A stretch of 59,970 nt of DNA, filler included, from Platydemus manokwari (lineage: Eukaryota): NCBI GenBank assembly GCA_037951405.1. It is 5 parts of 5 records of this genome, joined end to end, with 100 filler letters (N's around TTAATTAATTAA, not from the genome) between each part and the next. Parts side by side here need not be neighbours in the genome. Positions count along the whole stretch, not along the records: positions 12,351 to 29,016 come from JBBMOY011153659.1; positions 29,117 to 38,213 come from JBBMOY011299872.1; positions 38,314 to 48,420 come from JBBMOY011168214.1; 2 more parts are not named here. The stretch is one strand, 5' to 3'. Under the pieces are notes generated by a model. That model made no database searches and was not told the DNA's origin. It worked only from the letters and a program-made list of their open reading frames with translations. Positions 26,584 through 39,083 of the stretch are shown here, one piece after another. Position 1 is the first letter of the stretch. Each line of letters begins with the position of its first letter. A program made the translations under genes and the position numbers.

Positions 26584-29016
26584 CTATTTCGAAAAATCAT
26601 TATTAAAAATTATAATTGGATGATAATTCTAAATACAATTTTCAAATAATTACAAATATCTTTCGACTTAGAAAAAAAACAAATTCTATCATTAAAATTT
26701 GAATTTATAAATGTAATTTGTATTTTTCAATTCTTAATTTATTAATTTTGAATTTTTTCGGAATTGGTAAAAGAAACCATGCTTTTCACAAATTATTTTA
26801 AATTTATACCTTTGTTTTAATATGTGGTTTGCAAAGAATTTGTAAATTCTGTAATAATGAAAAATGAAAAATTAATATTAGTCAAATAAGCTTCGAAATA
26901 TATTCATAATGTTTCATCAAACATTTAACAATTTAATTAAAATATTGAATTTACTAGTAATTTATACATCGAAAAAATATTAAAATTATTACTAAGCTAT
27001 TCAAATAATTCTGATGATTTGTTCCAAACCATTTACAAATTAATTCATGTTTTCCTTACCATGGTTTTCATTAAGTGTAATTGTTAGAATGATTTTTTCA
27101 CTTTATCATAAATATAAAAACTAATGACAGGTATTTATGTCATGTTATTTGTTTTAGATATCGTATCCTAATGATTATCAATTGATAGATATGCATTAAA
27201 CCAAAGTAATTTTGGTGTTTTATGACGTCAGATTTTGATTTAATTTTTAAAAAATGATAAATAGTCTACCACAATCAGAAAAAATTGGAACTTAAATTAA
27301 ATCTTAACCTAGTGTAATTTAGAAGCCTTTGGATCCGTAAAAGCTTAAAATAAAATTTTAGCTAAATCATCTTTTAAGACTACTCCAAGAATGTTGATGA
27401 TATCGATAACTATTTGTGACACACATTTGTTATTAAGATTCAACTATTTTAAAATTTCCAAGTTCTTTCATTAGTTTCTTCGACTTTTTCAGAATTATTT
27501 TGAATATCTTTCAAAATACCAAGATAAAAATGAAAGGTTTCACTGCTAGAATTGGAAATATTTGAAGTTTCTTTACTTTCAATATAAAACTATTATGGAT
27601 TATCAGTGAAAACAAAATGCCAGTTACATATAGTTATGATTTTGTCTAACTTATTAGAATACAGAGTTTGATTGGAAATTTAGTTGGAAATATTATCTAT
27701 AGGAAACATTTGAAGTTTCATCTCGTTGTATATTTAATAATAATTCGTGTTATTATTCAAAATTGTTACATTACTAAATTTAAACTTAACACGCTAGATT
27801 TTATAAATTCTATATGTGTTATTTTTAGAAGTTGCTTATAATTATTTATCAAGTCGACTATTGTACCGACTATCAGGAATCCTATTTCGATTTATAGCTT
27901 GTATTAACAATTTAGCTCTGATCGCCGACTGCGAATCACCGTGAAATATAATGATAATTGTTTAGGGTTAGATATTTCTAATGCATAAAAACATTATTTC
28001 ATCTGTATTCATTAATTACTTCTTGCAAGTTCAGATTTGTTAGTTACTAATGATGTCTTTTAAATAATTTTTAATTTTATAATCTTTTCAAATTTGGAAT
28101 TGAAATTTTAACAATAATATCTTAAGAATTATTTTATTTTTTCTTTACTAGTTTAACGAACATATGCAGATCGGCATTTTTACTTGATCTGGGTCCTACT
28201 TTGTAATAGACCATCTCAAATCCTGTTGTAGTCATCCAATCAATTTAATGTATTTTACTCGAGATTTTATCGAAAATAAATTCTGTTGTAAAATCATAAA
28301 TATAATTTTAAAGCTAAACAGTAATACTATATTTTCTTATTATTTAACGTAATCCAAATTTTCGTTTTTTAATTTTGCTTTCAATGTAAAGCCTATCACA
28401 AAAATGTTTTCAACTATTTCTAGCGGTTTAATAGAATTGTTTTGATTTATTGCGAGATAATCACGTGATCATTAAAATTTGTATACTTTATTCTATAATA
28501 TCTAAAACGTTAACACTTAGCATGCATGGGGACATCAAATAATTCGAGTGTTCAATTATCATTCTGTCTCCGTGTCGAAAGCCCGCCCAATTTATCAACA
28601 TCAATTTAAGTTTAAACTGAGTATTAACTGAGATTACCCCAACTCCAACGTAAGTACCGAACTGACATTTACATTGTATGATATATGGAGTCAGCTTAAA
28701 TCCAATAACTAACATGTGTCATTTTTTAATATAAACTTCACTGAAGTAGATTATAACCAAATTAAAAGGAGAAGTTTATCACGCTTACCAGTGTATAATA
28801 AGATATTTTAACTTTGTCATCCCAAAAAATTCCAATTGTTACTTCAAGACAAAATTTATAAGTAATCGACTTTCAATAAATGTTGTTTTAGACATATAAT
28901 CCGACAGTTAAGTTATAAAGTGAATTTTAAAAAGTAAAGAAATACCAGGTTGAGTCAAAAGTTATTCATGTTTTTATGCAGGTATTTTATTAACACAAAT
29001 TGTTATAACGCTGAAC

Positions 29017-29116
29017 NNNNNNNNNNNNNNNNNNNNNNNNNNNNNNNNNNNNNNNNNNNNTTAATTAATTAANNNNNNNNNNNNNNNNNNNNNNNNNNNN
29101 NNNNNNNNNNNNNNNN
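29017..29116. other. Artificial contig spacer
   Basis: N44-TTAATTAATTAA-N44. Confidence 0.97.
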
Positions 29117-29741
29117 ATTGAAAGTGTGGACAAGAGGCAAAGCATCATCAACAGAAATGATGACTCAAAAAAGGAGATATTACCAAACACGGGTGAGAAA
29201 ACGAAGAGGTCTACCAAAAATAAAAAGCCAGCAAGATACATGAATTACCTAGGCGCAGGCTTTTCCGAAGACGGACGGATGTAATATTTATATGTATATG
29301 TATTGTTTAAATACTATATATTTGTATAATTTTTTAAAATAAATATTTACTAATCTTTATCACAAAAAGCATCAAATAAATGTTAATATGTAACATCTAT
29401 TTATTAATAGCTCTAACATGTTGTGTAGTATTGTTAATGTAGTGTTTCATCTAAATGTTTGTAGAAACATATTAGTTCTGATTAAATCATGAAACAAAAT
29501 CATATATAATACTCGATTATTGGAATTCTGTAAAAGTTAATGCAGTTCTGATTAAGACGTCAACATATCTGATTGTTTTGTAAACTATAAAACAAGCTAT
29601 TAAAGGTAAGAATGCTCCTCCCAATAGATCAGAAATATTATTATTAGAAGATGATAACGTCTGTCGTCGTCATAATAAGTTAACATTATTTATCCGTAAA
29701 TAAATTTTTATAGCTATAAATGTCGAATAATAAATTCATAC

Positions 29742-31385
29742 TTTAACGTATTTTAAATCACGACCTTCATAACTTCTACCATATGTATGTATTGAAATAA
29801 ATGGGTAATAATTTCCTAGATATTCTATCCACTCCATAATCTAAAAATTAAAATTAATTATAATATATTACATTATGAATTTATTATTTATAATTCTATA
29901 TTTAATATATTTATTTATTTAAAGTAATTATTCTGATAAACTTGATAACTTGAAAATTAAAAGTTAAATAAATGCCACATCCCAACATATAATAAAAAAA
30001 TGCTTATTATAATTATTATTACATAAACTCAACTTGTATCGAAATTTCTATTTTAATCCATATCAACCTATAAATCGGTGATATTCTCAATATCTTTAGA
30101 TAATCAATTTCTCTCAGATAATCAATAGAATTTGATCAAAGTCCTGTCATTATTTTTTATTTTTTTGTAGGATAGAAGATTAAAAGAACCTCTTTAAAGA
30201 TTTTTAATAATACCAATGTAGGATTGAGAGATTTTTCTACCAATATAAAATTCATTCACTATTTATCTGCAACAATTTAGCTTACAAAAAAGGCATTGGA
30301 CAGTTGATATACAGAAACCACTTTCATAAAATAACACACAATTACACATACTATTATAAATATATTAAATTTATTATTAAGGTTATAATTTTATTTTGTT
30401 TATCTGATTCAGTTTACTTCTTCAAATGTAGCAAAGTGATCTGTAACATTTGGTTTTGAACCCATTACTCTCAAAGACCTTTTCATTTTGTTTTCATTAT
30501 GTTGTTCATCAATTATTCTGAAAATATAATTAATCAGATATGCAAGCCAAATATTTAAAAGTACTTCTGAACATTTCTTATCGTAACTTTATAACGTATA
30601 CCATTACGTACTAAAGATTTGAGAAAAGATTTCAAAGATGTCGGGGATATCATTATGTGAGTAGAAATTACTTTACTCGGACCGACCCAAATGTCTGCCT
30701 AAATTAATGGAAAAATAAATAAAGATTATATGTATTTATATATAATCTAATATTAGCTTCATAAATTTTAATGTCAAGCTTGTAAATCCAATCATAAATT
30801 ACTTAGCAATAATGAATAGCGATGACAACTTTTCTAAATCATCTGTAGTATCTTTTCTATGTGCTAAAAATGAGAAAATAGATCTGATGATAATAATATT
30901 TTTTATTTCACTAATAATATTCAATGGGTGAATACTTCAATAGAATCTTATACAAAATCACCTTTCTGGAAATTTGAAATAAATAACTGTTCAACTCTAT
31001 TTATGTTCTATGAACTAATGCAAACTAAATTTGGAAAACAAGAATTAAATATTCACAACACAATCCTAATGATAAATAAATATAAATACAATAATTTTTA
31101 AGAGTTATATAGATTTATTCTAAAAATTATTTACGATAAAATCAAAATATTCTAAGAAATAATATTTTTGTTTAAACGCATTTGTAATCTAACCTGATAT
31201 TTTTCGACTAATTTCAAAATGAAATTTATTTCTTGATCTGTTTTGAGATTAATTTCGACCAAGTGGTATCTATAATATGTTATAGAAGTCAAAATTGATA
31301 AATTATTTGATTATTACCCTTCATATGACGAGTATATAGGCCGAACCGTCAACACAGCTGTTATTATTATGAGTTCAACAAACAT
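29742..31385 (-). CDS. Zinc carboxypeptidase A/B-type (M14A) preproenzyme, 5' part only (3' exons not on this contig)
   Basis: Exons 31385-31318, 31269-31194, 30698-30565, 30517-30418, 29840-29742 join in frame: signal peptide MFVELIIITAVLTVRPIYS; propeptide SYEGYHLVEI...ADIWVGPS...HIMISP...GIRYKVTIRNVQKIIDEQ; start of the catalytic domain HFATFEEIMEWIEYLG...TYGRSYEGRDLKYVK. The HxxE zinc-ligand exon was not found before the spacer. Confidence 0.88.
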
Positions 31386-32931
31386 AGAGTTGATAATATA
31401 ATTTGAAATTAGAAAATTGTAGACTTATTTAATAATATTTATATAAAATCTGTTTAATTATTTTGATAAGATAAGAGTTTTGACATTTTTGCTATTATTA
31501 TATTTATTGCAAATTTTATGATGCTTGTTGAACTTATCTGTATCGAATAATAAATTTTAAGTAATTTAATTTTTTATCATATCCATCATTAGATTTATGA
31601 ATTTTGTAACGCCGAATTAAATAATTGATATAATGTTGATAAGATTATAGTTGACATTGTATAAATAATTATATTGTCGATCAGAATGTTTAATCTATCA
31701 AATTCTCGATAGTAACTACAAATAGAAGAAACAATGGTACCAATAATTAAATATTATTTTAGCATTGAAATATAAATATACGAGTATGATAAACTCAAAT
31801 AAATGAAATAAATCCAAAAATATAGAAATAATAAATTGAGATTATGATATATTGAAGAATTTCTAAGATTCAGTAGAAGGTACTCTAAAATTCGCAATCA
31901 ATATTATAACTAACCCTCAAAATGTTATTAGATAGTTGCAACAGATTATTAGAAGTTAGATATTTCTTATTTTGGTTTGATAATATTACCATATTAAGTA
32001 TAACCATAACTATTTTAGAATTTGATTAACTAATTTAAAACACCTTAATCCATAAGTAGAATTTTTGTTAAATATACATTAATAAACTTGATCTTATTAT
32101 AAATGTATACATATTAATTAACTACCTAAAATATGCTTATAATTCAAAATTATTGATGGAAATCGATTGTATATTCTTTTTACAGCTAATGAGAATTCTT
32201 ATGCTGCATGGCTGATACATTCAACATTAAAAATATTCTTAAAAATGTTATTTCGAAGATTATCTTAACTTACTAAATATGACTCGTTATTTTTAAATAA
32301 TAAAAGATAATATAAGATATTGAATATAATATTTATAAATTTTTGTGAAATATCTAATATTTGAATTGATGGATAATTATAAATACATTAATATTGTTGG
32401 TTCTACAAGTGCATTCGTATTGGAAATCCCCAAATATAATCTTATCAACATTATTGCAAATAATTAATTCGGTGTTGGGAGAATCGTAAATCTAATGACG
32501 GATAGGATTAAGAATAAAATTGCTTAAAATTTATAATTCCAACCCGATAAATTCAACAAATGTCCTAAATTTTCGCATAAATATAAAACAGCGAAAATGA
32601 CATAATTCTTGTAATGGAAATTTGTAATTGATTGTGAGTGCGTAACTGCCAGTTGCTACTAACCAATCAACCCCCTTGATGTGATTAAATAAGATGATAT
32701 AAAACATCCTAATTGTATAACATCCTACAATAAAATTCAAATATAATGACAAAACTGAAGTCAAATCAAATGAAGAAAAATATGAATTGTTGCAAATTTA
32801 TGTCAAAATTATCTAAAATAAATTTGATCAATATTTACCATCAATACAAATCATCTTTAAATTAAGATAGCATTACGATATTTTTTGGATCTTAGCAAGC
32901 ATATTTATTTAAAGGTAAGATTTATCTAAAT

Positions 32932-33207
32932 CAGTGGTTTTTAATCTTTTTGCTGGAACCCCACAGAAACATTCCTCTAGCTCGAGGAACCCCTGTCCAA
33001 CAATGTAGCCAGTTTAATTATGTTAAATTTAGTATATTTAAACAATAACTAATAATAAAATAATAATGAAATAATAATAATAATAAAAAAATAGATTTTC
33101 GAAATTGAGTTTAACATGTTGTTTATTTGTTCGTTGTTGTAATTTAGAAATTTAGAAAGTGCGAAACCCCTTCAGTGTACTAGCGGAACTCTGGTTGAAA
33201 ACCACTA
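32932..33207. mobile_element. hAT (Charlie-like) MITE, 276 bp
   Basis: TIRs cagtggtttttaa ... ttgaaaaccacta; 8-bp TSD atctaaat (32924-32931) / atctaaaa (33208-33215), 7/8 identical; subterminal ggaacccc motifs. Confidence 0.85.
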
Positions 33208-34029
33208 ATCTAAAATGATTAAGGATTTCATTAACTTAGGATGATATCACTAAAAATAGAAGTTTTAATACGAAATGAATTTAGTTTTTATCATTTATTA
33301 ACATTTATTACCTGAAAAATAATGTTGAATTCATGTTATAGTATATCTGTTCACCAAAAATGTTTAATATTTTAACAATTTTTCAAATTATTGCTGCAAT
33401 CTTAATTTATCTTTATTAATACTGCTCTAATTTTATTTAAGAAATTATCTAAACTACTTGAATAAGACACAATACGGTCACTACAAAATTTCATACCAAG
33501 CTCATCATTAAAAAAAATTTTCGATGTTTTGTTTTCAAGTATAAATTTGTATTTCTTTCCATAACTTTTTAACCATTAAGAAATTCCATGGGATTCGAAC
33601 AAAACATATGAGATCTGGAGATCTAAATATATAACTTAATTTAAAATAGTAGTATAAAATAAAAATCGTAAAAATGCTCAAAATTATCGATTGGTATTTC
33701 TTATGTCATTTGTCCCAAGTTCGACTAAAATGTGATGAGAAATGATGCTATCACTGTGCTCCTACCAATAATCCGATTCCTACCAATTTGTAGGTTGTGT
33801 GTATAAAACTACTAATAAAGATGCTAAAAGTTCAATGTTAATTTTATCCTAATATAAATTTATAATTTGATATAAGAAGCAATAATATCGTAAATGTTAG
33901 AAGTGTCGCACCCTTAAGAGATTCTATGAAAATGCTAGCATCGGGATTAATAGATCCGGGTCTAAGTCGATTAAAAAGTGAAAATTGAATTTTGAAATTT
34001 AAAATGAAAATGTAGGTAACTGAGTGTTC

Positions 34030-34900
34030 CATTCTACACTAGGCATAGTGCCTCATCCAATACAGATCCTATTAAGAGCAATTTTAGTTCCTCATTACTA
34101 TTAATAAATGGTCATTCTATTTCCACCCATTCTATCAACTAATCTACTGTGGTCTACTGTAGAACAAATACTCCTCTTTTTCTTAACCGTTCTTGACATT
34201 GATCACCTTTAAATTGTAGCATTATTATATTTGATCTTTCACTTTTATTGATCTGATTTGTAACAACCTCAATTTCGTCAGCATTATCATTGATCGTTTC
34301 TTAATCTAATAGGTTCTTATTTTCCTGCAGATCTTTTGATAATTATAAGATTCTGTTTGAGTCTTACATTAATTGCCGGTTCAGCAGCTGAGTTTAAACT
34401 CATTGCTTCAATTGCAAAATTCTCTACATCAATTGCTTCACCTATTTCACAGTAGAAATTATTTTATGTATCTACTTCATCCCATTCTATTCTTTTACCT
34501 ATTTGATTGATTTTGTTATATCTCTGTTTCCTTTAGTCCTTCACATTTTTAGATCTATGTTTCAGGTCCTGTTTGACAGCCTCTATTTCTTGTTTGGTCT
34601 TTGCTTTATACCATTTCTTTTACTACTTTATAACTAGAATACATCATTACAATTTTCGATATCCTTTTTTAATGTATTAAAAACATTGTATATACTCGTC
34701 TTAATTTATTTGATCTTCTAAAAATCCTCAGTAACTTCAATAGTTTTTTCAACCTCTTCAATCCTTTCCTTCATTATCCATTATAATAAACCAATTTGTT
34801 CAAGGGTTTTGGGATCAAACCTAACAAAAAGGAAAAATTATGCGGTTGTTATAAATAATTGATGATTTCACAACTATTGCATCTTTCTTAATCTACCTAT
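34030..34900 (-). mobile_element. Decayed coding relic, possibly retrotransposon gag-like
   Basis: Strong minus-strand purine skew and interrupted frames such as LIEWVEIE*PFINSNEELKLLLIGSVLDEALCLV*. Confidence 0.25.
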
Positions 34901-36388
34901 GATGTTGAGTCTTCTAGTCCTTGTACTGGCCATATACAAATTAGAGTGCCTAGTGTAATTGATGTTTCTCTCTTCTGCTGGATCGTAATATTGTTGTTAT
35001 GTATTATCGCGCTTCTATCGTAGTCTGACTGTAATAATTGTGCAATAACTTCTTATTTAATAATTTCGATGAGTCATATTTAATGCATTGCAATATGTCA
35101 ATTGCACTGGAATTTATTGCGGGATAAAAATTCTCTGCAACAAAATTTTATTATTGCAGAAATAAATTCTCTGCGATTAAGTATAATCCGTAACTATTTT
35201 ATTTTATTTTACCTGCTTATTTTATCTAGTGTACATAATGATGGGCTATAATTCATTTATTGGGCGATAATATGTAACCAGTTATTTCTTATTGTTGTTG
35301 TGAGGATATTTTTATTATAGGCCGAATTTTTAAAGGCTTTTTAAGTTGTATTATTTTAATAGACGTTAGAAACTGGTTTTACAATATTATTTCGGATTTT
35401 TTTATATATCCCCGAAAGCACAATTTTTCCATTCTTGATTAGAAGCCCTCGTAATTTAGAAGTTAAACTTTAAAACTTTGAAATTTAATTACATTTAGAA
35501 TATTAATTAATAAAAAACTAAATCTATTAAACAACAATTTACAAAATAGTATTTGAGGTTTTTTATGTTTACCAGGTACAATCTACTTTCCTAAATTAAT
35601 GTAAATAATTTAAAGATCATTGTTATTTTAAACAAAAAAATATTAAAAAAACAACAATATTCAAAATCGAAATAATTCATCATTATTTAAATGATTTAAC
35701 ATAGCAAAAAATAAAAAATTGTTTAACTGATCATTGAACAAAGCTCGGCGGTATTTAACAACAAATATTTGTGTTTATTTTAAACATAGATATTTCTTAA
35801 TTTCAGATCAGTAATTTATAAATATTTGTGTCTTTTTGCATAAAAAACATTACTGGTTCTTTGTAGAGAATTGATGTTTTTTAGTGTAAACAAAAAATGC
35901 GTTTACAGTTTATGCTTTTTTTAATTATATTTTTTAAATTTTGAATCATCATAATATTATTAGTAATTCATATTATTACATATATTGTATAATAGCATAA
36001 CATTGCCAATAGCATTTTCTTACATTTTTAATGGCAATGTGTTCGTAATAAGCAAACTTAAATAACAAAACAGCTGATAAATATGAAAAATATATTAAAT
36101 TATTTTTCATCAAATCTTAACCGATCTGAAAATATATAAAAATAATAATTTGTTCCGTGAACTGAAAGCTACATATATTTAAAAAGAAAAATTGAAAAAG
36201 ATTGCTAAATATATTGATATGAATTTTGACAAAGCTATTATTAATATCAACAATTGGTCAGTATAGAAAAAAAGTTGCAGGATTATCTCACTCTATCGAT
36301 TTTTCTCTCCCAGCTAGGTTAGTAAATAAAGTCATTTATCGATGGAAATTTTGAGCAAATCAAATTTGTCTATTTAATATCAGGTTTC

Positions 36389-37129
36389 ATGAAACAGACG
36401 AGTGTAATTATAGAAGATGAGAGTTCTAAAGATCGAAAACGTGAGGATGATAAAAGACAAATTTTTGCTATTAAATTCACGTGGATATCATTAGCTTGTG
36501 GATGTTTCATTTTTCTATTTGGAATAGTGTTATTCGGTTTGGTTTTTAAATTGGAGGATGCTCATCTGCTCATCAATAACAAAAATAAAAGCCAGAGATC
36601 AACTAGTCTCGTAGCAGCTTTGATTTTAAAAACGGTTTCTCCGTTCCTGTGTGGAATTGGTGTATTTTCCATAATAATAAGTTGTGTTGTTAAACTAGAG
36701 ATTTATCAGCAAAAAGTTCGACTTCGTGAAGTATTCGAAGTGAAATCTGAACGTCTGTCGAAATTTCGCACAATCATTCTTCAGAAATATCTAAATCAAA
36801 TAAATCACAAGAAAAAATTCAAACCTGAAGATGAATTCAAGCGAATTAATCAAATCAATCAGCAAATCAATACAACAGTAAAAACCGATATTAAACGTGT
36901 CGATATTATTCAGAATAATTATTTGATACAGAAAAACATCAAAGCTCATTTGGATATAAACAATAAAAGTAGAAATAAAAATCCCACAATACAACATATT
37001 CTATCGGCGGTTGAATATTTGCCTCTATTCTTAGGTATTACTGATGCTGAGGATAAAACCATATCGCGAAAATCATCAACTCATAAAAGCAAAGAGAGCT
37101 TAAGTTATTTAAGTAATGAAAGTATCTGA
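36389..37129 (+). CDS. TMEM200-like two-pass membrane protein
   Basis: 246-aa ORF with two hydrophobic helices. The second, LKTVSPFLCGIGVFSIIISCVVKLE, resembles the TMEM200 pattern LKxxGPxxMGIGxFxxIxAxxxLxE. An acceptor (ttaatatcag) lies just before the ATG, so an upstream exon is possible. Confidence 0.65.
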   Translation: MKQTSVIIEDESSKDRKREDDKRQIFAIKFTWISLACGCFIFLFGIVLFGLVFKLEDAHLLINNKNKSQRSTSLVAALILKTVSPFLCGIGVFSIIISCVVKLEIYQQKVRLREVFEVKSERLSKFRTIILQKYLNQINHKKKFKPEDEFKRINQINQQINTTVKTDIKRVDIIQNNYLIQKNIKAHLDINNKSRNKNPTIQHILSAVEYLPLFLGITDAEDKTISRKSSTHKSKESLSYLSNESI

Positions 37130-38213
37130 AACTAAACGATTTTACTTTTCTTTCAAATTTTTTACATAATAGTTTTTTTAATATAATTATAATTTTCATT
37201 ATTATGATAATTAAGGCACTAATTTATATGATGTAGTTCGATGATAAATGATCAGTTATTGGTACAGTTAATTATCATAAGTTTTAAAATTCTTTGATCA
37301 ATGCAGAATTATTATCAATTTATGAGTTTTAATGCTTCGATAATGGCTTAGGTAAATCTAGAGTTATAATTTATTAAGATATTAAATCAATTATTCAATA
37401 ACGATTTTTTTCTATTATATTATATTTGGATGTTATTATCAGAAGTAATTAAATTCTTTTAAGGTGAGGTCGAGGAGAGTTGTTTTTGGAATATTTTTAA
37501 AAGAACTGCAAAAGAATAAACGTTTTAATTATGTTCATTGGAAATTTGTTTATTTTAATGGATTCAATAAATAATGTCGAAGTGTAAGAATTATTCGAAA
37601 CATTATTCATTATCAAGACATCAAATAAGACTAATTTGCTGTAATTATATTATGTGGTTACACGATATTGTATAATTTTAATAGCATGTTTAATAATTTG
37701 TGCTTTTCACGAGTTAGATTAAGAATTTAATGAACTTATAAAAGCCTCATAAATATTTATTATCATCAATGTTATATGTCGAATAAATCAGTCTTTCAAC
37801 TAGAATACTCAGTGCTTTCGAAATGATTCCACCAGACTGACAAAAATAAATAAATTAAATTTAATAAAAAAATTCCATTATTTTGATAATCACTTGGTGG
37901 GGATAATTTAAACAAAGCAATCAGAAACATAAATTCAATGCTATCATATTGAATTCCTGATCAAAAACAAATTCAATTCTTTATATTTCTTCCTGTCTTG
38001 ATTTAATTTTAATAGTGGAATTCAATAAGACTGAGAAAAAAACTGTTAACGGATTTATATCGTTTATTTAATCATTATAGGTACTTTTCAACAGATGTAC
38101 TTTATTGACATTATTGTGTAGAAAATTCGATTCATTTGGAATAATTTAAAAATAAATCAATAAATATTGCATTAAATATAAAAGAATTAAAACTAAAAGT
38201 ATAACAAGAAATA

Positions 38214-38313
38214 NNNNNNNNNNNNNNNNNNNNNNNNNNNNNNNNNNNNNNNNNNNNTTAATTAATTAANNNNNNNNNNNNNNNNNNNNNNNNNNNNNNN
38301 NNNNNNNNNNNNN
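38214..38313. other. Artificial contig spacer
   Basis: N44-TTAATTAATTAA-N44. Confidence 0.97.
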
Positions 38314-38428
38314 TTAATATTTTATTTATTTATTTCTTATATTATTACTATTATTTCTCTTATATTTTTATTATTCTCTCGTCGCATATTCCAGGATTTT
38401 TCTTTCACTTTGAATATCTATTTAGGAC

Positions 38429-39083
38429 TGTAAATATCAGGTTATTGGATATAGATGATCGCTGCATATATGAGATTCGAAATTATTTCTGGGTTTTGAA
38501 TAATGACTAAGGATAATAGATAGAGGATTTTTGAATATAGTTTGGATAGACATTGATTATAGTGTTGGATTATTGATTGACTTTGGATACTGAAAATCAT
38601 AATTTAAATCACAATGAATTACAATACTCGATTGGTTACTAATCGCAATTAAAATCACAGGAAATCAACAATAGATAATCACACAAGAGGGATCTGCAAT
38701 TAAAAGTTAAGCAACAAATCAGTAAAAAAATAACAAAGACTGGTTCTCAGAAAAATCACGCAAAAGTCACACAGAATGAAATTTATCGACCAAATAGTTG
38801 GCAGTGGCTAGTGAAATTCACTTTTTATTTGGTAGAGTCTTTTACATGTCAATCTGTTAGGAATTTCTCTGGCATCTCTCGTGCCATTGGCGAATCTCGA
38901 TGTTTACTGCCAGTTGTTGATATGCTCCAGTCGATTATTGAATAGTAAATATGGATTGATACATGGGAAGAATCTGATTGGCCATTGGCACTTGAGCTTA
39001 TCGAATCTGTGTGTATCGACTCTTTGAGGATTATTTCCATGGTTACTTTCAAGTTTTGGTTATATTTTGTGACATACCCAACA
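38429..39083. mobile_element. Solo-LTR-like element (~655 bp, TG...CA), most complete copy of the repeat family
   Basis: Begins tgtaaat and ends cccaaca. Internal blocks match 9925-10020 and 11530-11919. No matching TSD found, so the left end is tentative. Confidence 0.55.

Noticed and set aside
26810-26848. 39-nt candidate upstream SPEN exon
   Set aside because: Contains a stop in the phase needed to join the 26583 acceptor.
28943-29016. Possible Tc1/mariner TIR (taccaggttgagtcaaaagt)
   Set aside because: Truncated by the spacer, so no partner TIR is available to confirm it.
33585-33605. B-box-like gttcgaatccc on the minus strand
   Set aside because: No A box or cloverleaf; not a supportable tRNA or SINE.
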